Numbered from the stretch's first letter, positions 44,391 through 58,204 are shown. The stretch is 64,000 nt of DNA from Amoebophrya sp. A120 (GCA_905178155.1 CAJINV010000009.1:1041415-1105414), one strand, 5' to 3'. Made by a program: numbers and translations. The notes: generated from the letters alone by a model not told the origin.

Positions 44391-45642
44391 TTAGCTCCTT
44401 ATGTCGGAGTTCCACGCTTTGCAACCCCTGGTGACGTAATCATCGAATGTAGTGTCAATGTTCTCCGTCTTCGATTTCATGTTGTCAATAGTGGTATCGA
44501 AGAAGTTACTGGTGATTCGCTCGGAAGACATAGAGTTTTTCGGGTCTTCCATCGTGTCAGAGTCCGAAAAGTCCCACAGGTCGTCGTTGCTCTTGGTAAG
44601 ATGATCGCGCGCCACTACTGCTGGCGTTTTCTCTGCATTGTTCCACTGCGCAGGCTGAGCAGTTCTCTTCGTAGTTAACTTTGCTGCGTCCGGGTCCAGA
44701 GGAAAACCTTTATCTTCACGGCGACTAGAGGACATTCGACCGTACCGCGATGCGGTTGCAGAACCGCGCAAAGAGCGTCGCTCACCTTCGCTTTCGGAAG
44801 AGGAAGCGACAATGTATTTGTGATGTTTTCTCCTCTTTTGCTCAGTCTTGCTGCTCATTTTGTCCTCCACGTATTGCAACAAACTATCTTCCTCCTCCCA
44901 AGAGCCGTGCTTATTTCTGCGGTCCTTGTCCTTCCCAATCTTCGAGTGCTTTTTGTTCTGCTTCGACGAAGCAGACGACCTCTGGCAGGAGTTGGACGGG
45001 TCGAGGTCGTCTGCTCCTGCTTCGGACAACAACATTAACTTGGAATTCTTTCTTTCCTCCCGCCGCTCTGTCCGCCTGGACTCCTTCGCGCGCCTCCTCC
45101 GTTCCCGGTCGACCAGGCGCCGTTCTTCATCACGGTCCGCTCGCGTCATAGCGCGACCGTCTTTGTCCACCACGGCGTACACGTCCAAATCGGGAGAAGT
45201 AATCTGTCCCTGGTCTACCACATGGACGCCTCCGTCCGCAAGGTCTTGGCTCGTGGGAGCTGCGGCCACGCGCGGATCCCCGGCGGAAAGGCTACTGCTG
45301 GACCGGCCGACTCCCAAATTCGCAGTCTGCAGTGGTACCTTGCAGCGGTTGCGGTGGAAAGGGCATAGAACTTTGGTTGGATGATGTTCCTAGCTGTAGA
45401 CGTGATTCATGGATATAGCTTTTGTTTTTCTTTGTTCGCGATGACAGCACAAGTACAAAACTGAGCCAAAGCTGGAATCATTTTCGGCGGGAGTTCATGA
45501 CAATCCCCTGACTCAAACCAAAATCCCACTTTACCTGTGGTGGCGCAACGACTTTAACTCGGTAGAATAGCGGGTCCTTCTGAATCCACTGCTCGCGCTC
45601 TTGCTCTACCTTCTCGCGTTCTGCAGTGGCTTCGCGGTCCAT
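44391..45642 (-). CDS. Charged hypothetical protein (~345 aa), exons 45642-45535 and 45326-44391
   Basis: In-phase GT-AG intron 45327-45534 joins VVAPPQ|TANLGVG. R/K/E-rich. Confidence 0.6.
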
Positions 45643-46098
45643 GGCACCTTCGTCCGTGTAGATCCACCAACCTATTCTAAGAAAAAGCCACGGGGAACTA
45701 TCACCATCAGACACCTCTAAGCGTGTACAGATGTAGGCCCGACTAGAGCTTGTTCCCGAATTCAATTTTATATCATACATAAGAGTGACCCACAGAAGAT
45801 GATCGATTGGTGAGTTGTGGTGTGGACTCTCGCGCAATGACGGAATCGCTATTGCAAAAACGCTCTTCTATGCATGGAAATAAAGCCGGAAAAATTTCAG
45901 CCGAGGTGCTTAGGGACTGAACCAGATGCAGCCTTTTACTCGTGATATGCTTCTTCGTGTGCGTTCTCGGCTTGAGCAGACCTGTTGAGGAGGTAGTGGA
46001 AGTTTGACCCTGCTGATAGCTTGCGAAATGATAGATATCATTCCAAGTGAGTCGAGATAATGGGAGCCAAAAACTTTGAGGCTTGCCATTGCAATGAA

Positions 46099-47160
46099 TT
46101 ACTTTGTACCATGGTCAAGCTCGGTCAAGATGTGAGACGCTGCACTGACGCTAAGATTTGCGCGCAGGGCCTTGTGGAAGAGGTCTTCGTTGAAGACGAC
46201 GTCGCCCCCAGGTCCGCAGTGGAGACACCGGAGCGTGGGCACCATCGAGCACGTGTACACCTGGTCCGGCACCCGAATCACCATCAGCCAGGGAGCGTGC
46301 ACGAAGGGCCGCGCGGGGTCGAAGCAGCGGGCGAGGTGGGAGGTGGCTGGTTCTTGCTGGCTCCCTTGGGAACAAGACGTGGATGTCGATGCTGCTGCGG
46401 TGTTTATCATCGGATATCGGCCTTCCAGCGTGTGCCACTTCGGCTGCACTCCCCGCGCGGGCAGCCAAGTTCCGTCGTCGGGGTGCCGGATAGGGTCGCG
46501 CATCAGGTCGATGGTGTGCCTTTGCATGTTGACCCGTTCGGCCATCTTTTGCCGGTGCTGCTCCAGGCTTTCATGCTGCCGGTCAAACTCCATGTGCTTC
46601 CGCTTTGCGTTACGGCACAGCCGGCACCGAATCGCGAAGCTGCCCCATCTCTGTAGATCACCATCCGCATAGCAATACCTTCGGGACGCACAGGGTGCTC
46701 AGTGAATGCGAGGTGGAGGCGGAGCAAGACTTTTTCTTCTGTAAGCACTGCAAGAACTCAACAGGGTAAAAATACTCGGCCAAATAAACGTGACGTTGTG
46801 CGCAAAAGTTGTCTTTCGAAATGGAACCAAAAAAAACAACAAACAAGTAGAAGTATCTTGGTACCAGCGGCAGTGCTGCTGAATTTCGAACTTGTTCTTT
46901 TTCGAATTGAACTCGATCAGATGATCGTATTCCCCACGATAGGATGACCACGAACCCGAATGAACCTGGGAACTTTGAAATGGCAACTCGTTGACCCACT
47001 CAGTCGGAAGAGCCTCCGGCTCCATGAACTGCGTAGTCTCTTGGCACACCACCGGTGGAGGGCCATCAACTCCGTTATCGTCGTCCTCCGTTCTATCATC
47101 GTAGAGATCGTCGGGGACCTTTTTGATGATCCAAGACGCCTCGCTGCTGTTGCAACTCAT
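46099..47160 (-). CDS. Hypothetical protein (~290 aa), two exons (~47160-46865, ~46678-46099)
   Basis: A GT-AG intron would join QHCRW|YCYADGDLQRWGSFAIRCRLCRNAKRKHMEFD. CxxC pairs present (CRLC, CLHC). Confidence 0.5.
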
Positions 47161-48047
47161 CTTTCAGACCTGTTGCACACAAAACCTCTATAGACAATAA
47201 CCAGTCGAGAAATTGAAAACTCCTCCGGAAAAACTCACAGATATCTTCTGAAGCACCGTCAAAGTATCTCGTCGTGATGCCACCTAGGTTCTCATTTTGC
47301 TTACCTGATAACAAAGTCCCCAAGATCATTCTGGACAACCAAAAATGATTCTCCTTCTCCTAGGAGGAAAACCGCTTGACAAATCTCAAGCGTGCAATGA
47401 ATCGGGATCTTGCGCTGCCAGATGCAGATCGAAAAAAACGGCGATAAAGATCTTGCGCCGAGCCTCGCCTTTGCTTGATCGTGAACTCGGTCGAAACCTG
47501 ATAGACGTCGGAGCGCCGAAGAGAGAGGCATACACCTATCCATAAGCATAACCAACCACCTCCACCAACGTGACTACACAACATCTCATAAGTGACTCTT
47601 ACCAAGACAAAACGTTTGCAACACATACCCAGAATCGATCTTCACACTGGTTGTATCTGACACACACAGCAGATCTTGGCTCGTGCGGGATCTTCCTCGA
47701 GTCAGTGGCCGAAAAGCACAAGAACGATCGTCTGCTTGGAGTTCGACTGGAACTGCACTGCTAGTTTCCGAATGCAGAGAGAAACGATACGTCAACAAAC
47801 ACAAGCTAGTAAGTCTGAATCGATAGAACATATACAAAGATCTGAATCTTCCACTCTGTCAGCAAAGTCGCGTGTTCTTGTTTCACCTATTTGCGACTTC
47901 TTGTTTCATCTATTTGCTTCACACAGTCGTGCTTCTCTGTATGTCAGATGAAAAAATAAAAACAAGAGCAGATGCGCGAAACCGCTCTGGCTACAAAATC
48001 GCAAGCAGTCCTCGAAGGGATTCCGTCCTTGTATCGCTAGTTTTGTT

Positions 48048-51000
48048 TCATTTTTTTCTCCTTCCGCCCTTTTTCCCTTTTCCTTTCTTCCCGTTCTTGC
48101 TGTGTTTGCTTCCACCCGCATTCCCGTTTCCATGCTGACTGTCGGCGCAAGCAACAGCATCAGCAGCACCGGGGTGCAGGCCACCGTCGGAGCTGGTGGC
48201 AGGTGAGGACTCGAGCGTCGGTGTCGTCGTCGCCGGTGATGTTACCGCACCGCTCTGCCACTCCACCGGCGTTTCAAAGTCGAAATAGTTGACGGCGAAG
48301 AGCTCGTCGCCGTTAACCAGCAAGCCGCGGTTACTTGAACACCTGCCGGACAGGGCGTTTCCGGCAGAGGACGGCTTCTCCAGCAAAATTTCTACCTTGT
48401 CGATTTTCGTTTTATTTCCCGACGATTTTGTCTCGTTTTCCTTGTTACCCGACAGCTGTGTCAAGGCGTCGTAGTGGCTGTAGTAAATGCCGATCACGAA
48501 GGCTGCGGTCCCGTTCGGCAGCACGGGTGTTCTGTGGTTCATGTAGATCACCCGTTGGCCAAGAAAGAAGGAGGAGGCTTTGCGGCTCTGTTCGGGGCCT
48601 GGGTCTGTCACCGAATCTGCGGCTATATTCCTTCTAGACGGTAGCATTGGCGCGAGAAGCCCTATTATGCTTCCAGTAGGAAGAACTTTTTCGAGCGGAA
48701 GGTCAATGAAACTGGCGACGCATTCTTGCGAAGAGGTCGGAGAGGCTGCTGCTGAGGAGGTCGATGAGAAGCGTTTGTTCATCGCTCCTAACGCGCTTTT
48801 CATGACCTGCTCCACCATCTTCATCGTCTTGCTTGCCGCTGCATCTTGCTCTACGATCGTCCCTCCCACGACTTCCGGTGGGTCCACAATCTGCTTTGCG
48901 AAGCATTCTGCAAGCTGCTGGTGAGTTTGGGAGATAGCAGATTCTGACTCAGGTGCCACTGGAGAACCGTCGATGAAATTACTAGCAAAACTCCTGTCAA
49001 TCAACTGCTCCAACACCCGCACCACTTGCAAGGGAATCAGCTCGTGCCACGGCCCGACGAAGGGGAGCTTCATGTGCGGCTGCTCGTGCTGAATGAAATG
49101 CAACAGCTGCACCATTCGGTACTCGATGTGGTCCTTGGAAATGCTGTTCTTGTTACCCGAGGCTCCTCCATTTTTGCCGCCGTTCTTCCTGTTGTTTTTT
49201 CCACCCCCTTGCTGTTCCGCGGACAGTGCGTTGAAGGCTTGCGCCTGCAATTCCTCCTTCATCAATCTGGCGAGGTGCGGGCCGGAAAACAAATCCTTCA
49301 CGTTCACCGCGGTTCCCTTCAGCGCGCCCGGCCACAACGACCGGTCGTGCGTGTAGCTGGACATGTAGCCCTGCTCCACCGCGTCGTCCAGATAGGCCCA
49401 GATTTCCGGAAACTTCTGCTTGTGTCTACGCAGCAACTGCGCCACGACCGCCGCGTTGTAACGAATCTCCTTCAGAAGAGAATACTGGAGCGAAGACCAA
49501 GCATTTGTTCTGCTGCTCGACGATGGTGCAGCACCATTTTCTCCTTCGTTACAACTCGTATTGATGTTCCCGCCAGCAGCGGCTGCAGCTCCTGCGCCAC
49601 TTTGGTGCACCAACTTGGAAAACTTTTTCCGCGGCAGCGGACTGTGTAATTTTACTAAGCCCGGGATGAACTGCACAAAGGGATCCTTCCCAGAATCAAC
49701 CTCGCGACTCTTTGGAAACCAGAGCAGGTTGAGACCTACGTTCTCGACCTGGTCGTAGTTGATTTTCACGTGGAAATCCTGCAGAATGAGCAAGCAGCTG
49801 TCCACGTAAAACTCCTTGCCCAAATGCTGCTTCACCAAATCGATCGCCGACACCCAGTGCGGACAGGGAAAGTTCTGGGCCGTGGCGTAAATCAACTCCT
49901 GTACGCGGGATTCCAGAAACATGAGGTTCGCTGCTGTGCGTGTTCTTCGTAATACGGGTGTAGAAGTTGCGCCGGTACTAGTATTCGCCGTTTCTTTTGT
50001 ACTAGTGTCGAGGACTTCTGCAGGAAAACGAATGACATTTCCGTGTGCGAAGCCCGTCGAGCCATATGGTGGTAGTGGAAGTGGTTGCCTTTCACTTCCT
50101 CCATCTTGCGATGATATTGCCGCAAAAACGGGATTACTTGCTCTCGTTGCGGGAGGTCCGCGGAAGACATAAACGACCGGTGCGCCAGGACGCGTCTCCA
50201 GCAGCGGCCGGATTGGGGCTTTCATCAGCGAGGCCTCGTTTGTCGCAGTATGAAGTATCTTTGCGAATGAGTCGGTCTTCTGTCCTGCAACCTCCAGCAA
50301 GTGCAGAACGACCTGCTTGAAGCCGGCTGCACAAAGCTGCCCGCCTCCCGGTTCTTGAAGCTGCTTTTCACCGGCTGTCATTCGTAAAGAATCCACGATC
50401 ACATTGGCGCGCAGTCCGGAAAATTCTTGGTCTAAGGCTAGAATTTGTGTCTCCAGCTTCTTGAAATCGTCTGTCCTTTCCTCTTTCGTAGTGCTACACA
50501 TTGAATTCTTGCTCCCCGAATGGTTCACAGCTAAATTCGTTTTCATCCGGAGCCGACTGAGGTGTTCGGGCGGCACGGCGAACACGGTTGCGTACAACCG
50601 GACGCGTTTGTCCCCGAACGTGGGCTCCAGTGACCCGTCGGGCTCAAGGTAGCGCACGTAGCAGAACTTCAGCTTCTTATACCAGCTCTTTGAACTGGAC
50701 AACGCGACGCCGTGGCCCTGCAGGTACCGACCGACGTACTCGACTTCCTTGCGGAACAGGTTCTGCAGCGCTTGCTTCTCCTTGTTCGGCTTCTTTCTCG
50801 AGGGCTTGGAGGCGTCGACTTGTGATGATTCTTGCAGCTGTTGTGCATCATGAAGCTCAACGTCGCCCACAGCAAGGCCTTGCTCATCACTCCCGTTCCG
50901 ACCTTCCTTTTTCACTTCCGCCTTGTTGACTTCCGCTACGGTGGCTGCGTGGTCCGCGGGAAGATTGTCTGTAACGAAGTCTGCGTACTCGAAAACTTCG

Positions 51001-54000
51001 CACACCACACCCAAGCGCAAGTACGGGTAGTCCACATAGCACACTTTGTTCAGCAGGTTGCGCGAGTCCACCGCGGTCTGGTCGGAGGCGAGGTTATTTG
51101 GTGCCTTATTCGAAGCATCTTTCCCAGTGGCGGCGAGCACATCATTCGGCAGCCCGGCTCTGTCGGTGATGGGAGTGTTGTTATTTTTGTCCTTGTACAG
51201 GTTTTCGAGAATCAAATAGACCCCTGGATTGAACGCGGCGGAGTCGAAACAGTGAATGCCATGGTCCAACCACCACTGGTGGATCACCGCGTGGTGCACC
51301 GACGGCCACGGGTGCGGGGAACGCGCAAGCAAGGAGGCGCTCGCGCTGCCGCCAATGTCTCCTGTTGTCCCATACGCGTCAAGGAGGTCATCTCCCCGTG
51401 CTAGCGCAAGCTGTTTTCCCGGGTGCTCGCACGCGAAGCGACAAATTTTCCTTCCCGGTTCCGGTAACGAGACGTCTTCGAGTAGGTGTACCGGATTGCA
51501 GATTTGCAACTTCGATCTTGGTGCCGATTCCTCCAAATCATGTTCTTTTGCGTGTCCATTTCCATTTGCCGCAGAAGTGGGGCTAGCGGGTGCGTCGGAA
51601 CACAGCTCCATCACACGAGTTCTTACTAGGTCTATACACGCGGAAACCTCTGTGCTGCCTTTCCCGCAACCGCTTTCTCCCACCAGATCCACAAACTTTC
51701 GCAGTAGAGTCAGCACTGCAGCTCGACAAGGCTTGGATGAACTGGTGGTGGAGCCGACGGCATCAGTCATTTCCGCTGCAGCTGCAGGTTGACCTATTGC
51801 CTCTGATGTTTTCATCGCGCTCACCAACGCGGACTGCGTGACTGCACCGTCGTTCAGCTTGACGAAGCCCATTTCCGCTGCGCCTTCCCTGTTGAAGAAC
51901 GCGAACGCCGTGCCCTTGCGCTCATTTCTATGACGTTCCTCCTTGGTGAGTTTGTTCAGCCGTGGGTCGTCCGAAAACATGACTTTTTTGCAGACTTCGT
52001 CGAGTTTTTCGGGGTCAATCAGCGGTACCATGGTGATGCCGCCCCACGCCACCTTCACGCCGTCCATGTCGATTGCGAAGTGCGTGGGGTAGAACTCGTA
52101 CAGAGGCGAGACGCTTTTGTCGTCGCACATCAAATACTGCAGTCCGGGCGGCACGAGCTGCTTGGACGCCGCGGGCAGGACGGACAACAACTGCGTGAAG
52201 GGGGACACCGGTCCCTGCTTCGCCAGCTCCTCTGCGCTGCGGGTCTCGGGGAAATACAGGTGCTCGCAAAGGAAATCCTTATCCTGAAACCGCAAGCGCT
52301 GCCCGGCGTGGAGGTGGTCGATGCAACCGGGTTTACGGTTTGCGCTGCCGTCTGTAGTCACCACATCCTGATTGAAGAATTGCCCCAGAGGCCATTTGAG
52401 GTGTTGCTTGATCAGTTGTTCGCACTTCGCTGACTTTTCCTTCGTTGCTGCGTCATCTGCTTCGCTCGCGGTCGCCAGAACATCCGCATACCGCAAATTC
52501 CCACACAAGGGTAGCAAATTCGTGGACCTGAGCAGCAGATACCGATACATGTCCACCAGTAAAGGGCTGTGATACTCCGGGTAGAAGTAGCGCCAGCCGC
52601 AGTTGCTGTCCGGGCCGCGGAAATAGTAGTACATGACCCACTGCAGGCCCTCGAAGTACACCTCGCAAATCTCCCATATGCGCTGGCTGTTTGCGGATGC
52701 ACGTGCGGTACTGCCGTCGGCGTTGGTGATGGAGGTTTCGTCCTCGAACTCGTCCTCATCCCCCATGCCAAGCGCCCCCATGGCACCAGCCAGGTCAGCC
52801 AGGTCATCGTGTTTCGCTTCTGCATTTGGAACATTCTCATCCTCATCGTCGTCATCCCCAAGAAGCCCACCAAACGCTGCTGCGGTGGCGAAGAAGTCGT
52901 TTCCTGTGTCCGGCACTAAACTGTGGCTTTGCTCGGTCACAGTCGGCGTCAGGTCGCTTTCCACGCCAGTAGTGTTATTTGTCTTGCCTGCCGACCCAGT
53001 GCCCAGCAGGTTGACAGCAGCTCCCGCGGCAGATCCTCGTTGGTCTGCTTTATTACCTCCGACAACCGCGCCGGCTGTTGCTGCGCCGGTAATCACTGAG
53101 CTGCTATCCGCCCCCAACACTGCGTTTCGTAGCACATCTCTGTAAGACCCCCCCGCTGTCACATCGTCGAATTCAAAAGTTTCCAAGAAGTTACTCGCAC
53201 TGCTGACCTGCTTGTACAGCTTTGCCTTCCACTTACTAGCTTCCAAATGCTTTTCCTCGTAGAAGTTCTTCAGAAAATACTCGCACTCGATTTTCTTGCC
53301 GAACTTCATCCAGTACCACTTCTGCCTTATCGCGGACAGGTCGTCGCACCTCATGCGATTCACGGCCGGCATCTGCGGTGGGGGCTTGTTGGGTATGTCA
53401 GTCGGTCCGCAGATTGCCTGCATGCCGAGGTCGAAAGTGCCGCCTTTCTTCAACACGGTGTCGTTCATCACTTGGATTTCCAGGGGCGTGCAAATGTTCA
53501 AAAACTTCGTCAAATTTGGCCAGTGGATCTTGCCCGCCTGATACGTCAGGTAAAACTCGTCCTTCAAATGTGGTGGAACTTGTAATGCTTGTGAAGAAGA
53601 TGAAGATGCAGCTGCATTTGCAGCGGCCAGTTGTTCCTTCTGATCCTCGTCCTTCGTCGAGATGTCCTCATCCGTCGGCAAGTAGACCATCAGGTACACT
53701 TTGTAGGCGGCGAACATCTTTCCAAATTCCTTCACGTCCAGAAACGGCAGGTGCGGAAGGAAATCGTTCCCCAGCAGCGCCCAAATCAAAATCAAGTCGT
53801 CGATCACGCGGTTCAGGTCGAAGTACTTTTTGCAATCGTCGAGTTTGAATTCCAGCTCTAGGTATTCCCTGAGAAGTTGTAAATGCAGCAGCTGAAACGT
53901 GGGCTCTGCCAGCATGGATCTTTTCAAGTGCGGCTTCGTCTCTGTCCGGCTGAAGTTCACCTCCTCGCGGAGCAGGGAGAAGTGCGGCTCGTGGGACACT

Positions 54001-54805
54001 AGGCTAAGCATGATCAAGTCGGCGTCGAGGCCGTAGAAGCAGTGCCGGGTGTGCGGATTGAAATTTTTGCTCAAGGCCAGCTTCGCCTTCCGGATGTAGT
54101 CGATCATCTTGTGCTCGCCCTCCCCGGGCTCGTCCGCGCCCGAAAAAATGATCAAGGGGATCGACTCCCACAGGGGATCGGTCGCTTTTTGCCGCTGGAT
54201 ATTCGCCCTGAGAGTGTTGTTCAGTTTCTCCATGAAGGGCGTGCCCGGAGTGATGGCGTTGCGGTCGAAGCGAAATTTGTTTTTCTTAGCCGTATCGATC
54301 GGGTTTGCCGCCATCTGATTCAATCGTTCCATCTCCTCCTCGCGCTTCAGTGCGGCTTCCTTCGCGACACGGCTGTCGTTGGCGGAGCGAAACCGCCGGG
54401 ACCGCTGCTGGTTCATCTTCGCGCGGGGGGCAACACCGTCGAGAGCCATGTACCTGGGGTCGAGGAGAGAAACACAAATTTAAGGACAAAGGCAGAACCA
54501 GAAAACTTCAGAAGGACTTGTATTTATAGCATTTTCATTTGCGATGTTGGAAAAAATGCAACAGGAGAAGAAAACTTGCAATACAGGAGCTCTTTCGGCT
54601 GGATGATCGCAACCAGGTAGCGGATGTACTCCCAGGCCCGTTCTATCATGTCTTCTTCGGACACGGCTTCGCCAATGGTGTTGTGCACGATGCCGTTCAT
54701 ATCCAGGTAAAAGTTGTCGAACTCGGGAATCATGCTCTTCTGTACCTTCTCGTTGATGAGCGGGTACCGCTCGGAGAGCTTTCGAAAAAACCGTGGAACG
54801 CCCAT
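48048..54805 (-). CDS. XRN1: 5'-3' exoribonuclease 1 (~2,210 aa), exons 54805-54585 and 54453-48048
   Basis: MGVPRFFR, FDNFYLDMNGIVH, LYMALDGVAPRAKMNQQRSRRF, NAITPGTPFM, PGEGEHK, HCFYGLDADLIMLSL, GNDFLPHLP, EGLQWVMYYY, PFTQLLSVLP. The C-terminal SH3-like block (LGQRVIY...AGNALSGRC) favours XRN1 over XRN2. Confidence 0.95.
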
Positions 54806-55449
54806 TTTGCCACCCTTTCTAATTCAATTTGAGTAAATAACTTTCTACCGTACAAAAAATGAAATTGAGAAAGGCGAGAGCTACTGCCCGTCGAAGATAC
54901 ACTTGCCTGGGTGCTTGTCTATCCTCGATCACATGAGCACGACACTATCTCGGAACTACTAGATATTCAGGCTGTTTTTCTTTAATTTGATGCTCGCTGT
55001 AAATATCAAAAAAAATAGTACGCAACATCGCCACACCGATATCGCAAAAATATCAAGTGGTTCCCTGATTGAATACAGGCGAAGGACCAAAAAGGGAGAA
55101 GCCGTCGCTATATGATTTCGCATTCTTCACAGATCGCAAGCAGTCGGCAGGACGCAACTCCTTAGAAAACAAACGTTTTTCGACAAAATAAAAGTGATCT
55201 TTTCTGGGGCGCTTGGCCATGCTTGACGATCGATTTTGAACATTAGTTACGGAAGATTAAGTAGAAGAAGACGACGAAACACAAACCAACGCACGATGTT
55301 GGGCACCGAGGCGCAGAAGGATTGAGCCTTCGCTTCATCATCTTCTGACTTCGTTTCATGACGAATGTTGCGTGGCGGTGGGGGCATCAAAAGCTGCACC
55401 AAGACGAACGCATTCCTACCTACACGTCAACTGCAAGGTCTCAATCAGA

Positions 55450-56706
55450 CTACACGAGATCATCAATTGTTAGCCGTACGGCAAGGTTTTGTTCGCCGAC
55501 TGGTGGATCCTCATTCTGTCCTTCTAAGTCGACCGCATCGTCGCTCTCGCTGTCTTCCTCCTCCATATCGTCATCGTCGTCTTCCAATTCGTCTTCATCC
55601 GATTCGGGCGCTTCCTGGAAAAACAAGGTAATGCAGCCGGACGCGCCTCCGAATTCGCCACATGTAATGCGCTCTTCGTCATCCTCCTGTTCGTCGCATT
55701 CAACACTTTCGTCCAGCTCGCCCTCGGCCTCAAACTTCTGCAACAGATGCATATCCGCCGGGTCTTGTGGCAGCAACCGGAAGCTAACATGTTTTCCGTA
55801 AATAGTCCTCAAAATCTTCTGCGCCTGCGCTACAGTCGTGGACGCCGCAAAGGTAATGGGCTGCGGCCCCCACATAGTTTCCACACCGTGGCTCTCGCCC
55901 GTCATGTCAGTGACCGCCACTCGCCCTGTGAACCGCGTGTGGGCGGTCTCGCTTCTGTTTTCTGAACCATCCTGTTCCTGATCCTGATTCACGTCGCTAT
56001 CAAGCTCCACGCTCCCGACCGAACGCATCTCAACATCCACCTGTTCACTCTGAGAAAAACCAGTGCGGCGATGCGTTCCAGCTTCCGTTCGCGCCTGGGA
56101 GCCCGTCGGTATTTCAGGACTCGGCCCCAGAACTGCACGTGATGCCTCCATCGGCTCCGCGGATTTAGTTTGTTCAGCTGAGTCCTTTTTCGCTTTCCTC
56201 TTCGCCTTTGCTTCGCTCTTTAACTTGGACTGCTCTTGCTCTGCAGCGACCGCTGCGTCAACGATGTGCTCTGCGTGTGTACGATTCTGCTTATGAAAAT
56301 TTTGCACTTGTGCCGGCGAGATTTTGTCGCTCATCTCGATTGCCCTCAAATATTCTGTTAGTTGTTCTCCAGACAGTTCCCGCTTGCTGTTGCTGACGGC
56401 GACGAGTAGAATGAAGCCAAAAGAACCAGAACTTCCAACCGGCTTTGGAGTGACACCGAACCCATGCACGATCCAGCCCAGGTCGAGCGGAAAGAAGAAA
56501 TCTGTGAGATACTGCCGCACGCTCGCCATCTTGTCCGTTACGCAACACTGGATGTTTCGTTCGTAGTTGGCAGTGCTCGTGCGCAGTACGGGTCGCAACT
56601 TCCGAATGTCACCGGGCAGTGGAAACGGATCTTCGATTCCGGGCCCGAGCCACGGGAACACCATAATGTCGGCGGGGTCCTCTCTGCCAACGTGTGCTAC
56701 GGACAT
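55450..56706 (-). CDS. 418-aa hypothetical protein, possibly with a divergent ubiquitin-like domain and an acidic tail
   Basis: ATG-initiated ORF. The segment VAVTDMTGE...ITFAASTTVAQAQKILRTIYG...FRLL...RITCGEFG...ITLFFQ follows a beta-grasp pattern. Confidence 0.65.
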   Translation of the reverse strand: MSVAHVGREDPADIMVFPWLGPGIEDPFPLPGDIRKLRPVLRTSTANYERNIQCCVTDKMASVRQYLTDFFFPLDLGWIVHGFGVTPKPVGSSGSFGFILLVAVSNSKRELSGEQLTEYLRAIEMSDKISPAQVQNFHKQNRTHAEHIVDAAVAAEQEQSKLKSEAKAKRKAKKDSAEQTKSAEPMEASRAVLGPSPEIPTGSQARTEAGTHRRTGFSQSEQVDVEMRSVGSVELDSDVNQDQEQDGSENRSETAHTRFTGRVAVTDMTGESHGVETMWGPQPITFAASTTVAQAQKILRTIYGKHVSFRLLPQDPADMHLLQKFEAEGELDESVECDEQEDDEERITCGEFGGASGCITLFFQEAPESDEDELEDDDDDMEEEDSESDDAVDLEGQNEDPPVGEQNLAVRLTIDDLV

Positions 56707-57276
56707 TTTCTAATGTTGGTTTCAATGACTCACTGGCGGGCCAAAAAACACAATCAGTGTAGGAAGGACGACAAATACACAAAAAGAACTAGAGGCCAGT
56801 GTCAAGTCATGCTCATGATCGTCATTAAGGACCCAGATGACTAAGTACGCAAGACCGGCCTGGAAACGTGTTGGCCTTCTTCTTGATGTCGAGGATTATG
56901 TATGATGGTGTGCACTCAAGAATTCGCTGCTGGCGATTAAAAGCATTTGCGAGTAGTTCGATTACAATTTCGTTGCACCAGACTGTGTCCATCGATGATG
57001 CCACTAATGTTGGCTAGTGTTTCTCCCACCACTACTGCTACCGAAAAAGAAAGACTCAACTTAAACAGCAGAGCAATATCACATCGCATCCAGAAACTCC
57101 ACAAGGAGTCAAATATCAATGTTTTTGCTTTTTTTGTTCATCGATGCTCACCTTTGGCCCTTGACATTTCATCTCGGTCAGTCTGGGTTCGTCTTCTTGC
57201 GGTACGAAACAATACATGCGTTATTCTGAGTTCTTGCATCACGATTCAATTTCAAAGGATCCAAACCGGGCCCTTT

Positions 57277-57981
57277 TCAATCCTCTTTTCGTCCTTCGTC
57301 TCCATCTTCTCTGCGGCGTTGAACCGGAACGTCAGCCTGACCCGTTTCGTCGCTCTCGCGCTCGCGCTTGAAAGACTGGCATGGCTTGTCCTGTGGGTTC
57401 GCAGCTCTTGTCTTCGATGATTCAGAAGCGGTTGGAGCTGCCGGTACGGATTGCGTGCTCACAGTTTCCGAGGTGGAATCGTGCTTCTTTTTTGAAGTGG
57501 TAAAAATGCGCGTAGGCGCTTTCCAACCACATGGATGATTGAACTCGACGTGAAAGGCCGCAGTCAAGTAGAAAAAAGCGTGGCTGCGGCAAAATTTGGC
57601 GGTCAACTCCCGGTCCTTCTTTTTGGCAAGAGCGGGGTCGTTTGCAACTTTTCCTGCATCTCCAACAAATCTGTATTCATATCGGACAAGATGAAGTCAC
57701 CAACATTTTGCTACTGTGACAAATGAAGAAGTAAGTTGCATAGTGAGATTGTAGTTGTACTATCCGAAAGAAAACAAATGCAAATGAACCGACATGAAGG
57801 TGGGTGAACTGCGTACTTACCCCTCCTTTTTCTCTCCACAAGAGGCTGGACGAGCATCAGGAGTGTCAACAATGGGTTTTTCGCTCTTGGCAGCCCCGCC
57901 TCCTTCGCATGCTGCCGCCGCGTTTCCTTTGCTTGTCACGTCTTCTTCCGGAATTGGAAACGCGAAAACGTTCGGCCTCAT
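57277..57981 (-). CDS. Small hypothetical protein (~185 aa), exons 57981-57821 and 57670-57277
   Basis: Strong GTAAGT donor at 57820 and TACAG acceptor at 57671 join ORFs 57817..58329 and 57277..57606 in phase. Confidence 0.5.
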
Positions 57982-58204
57982 AGATACAGTTATGGAGCAA
58001 AAAGAGCAGTCGGCCTGTCGAACGCCTTCAACGTTTTGTGTTCCTTGAAGTTGCGTAGCTCTATCTGCGCTAGCAAATACAAATACGAATACGAATCCGA
58101 ATGGCAACGACAAACGTGCGCCAATCACGTGTTTCAGATTCAAGTCGTGGCCGGGATTTGTTTCAAACCTTGCACATATGTACCCATGCAAAACTTGCTT
58201 CGCT

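Noticed and set aside
45455-45480. TTTGGCTCAG on the minus strand resembling the 3' end of the dinoflagellate spliced leader
   Set aside because: Short, imperfect match located inside an intron rather than upstream of a start codon.
46660-46705. In-frame TGA (possible read-through/Sec) or a 28-nt micro-intron linking ORF 46699..47160 to 46099..46593
   Set aside because: A single ordinary GT-AG intron (~46679-46864) explains the join without either.
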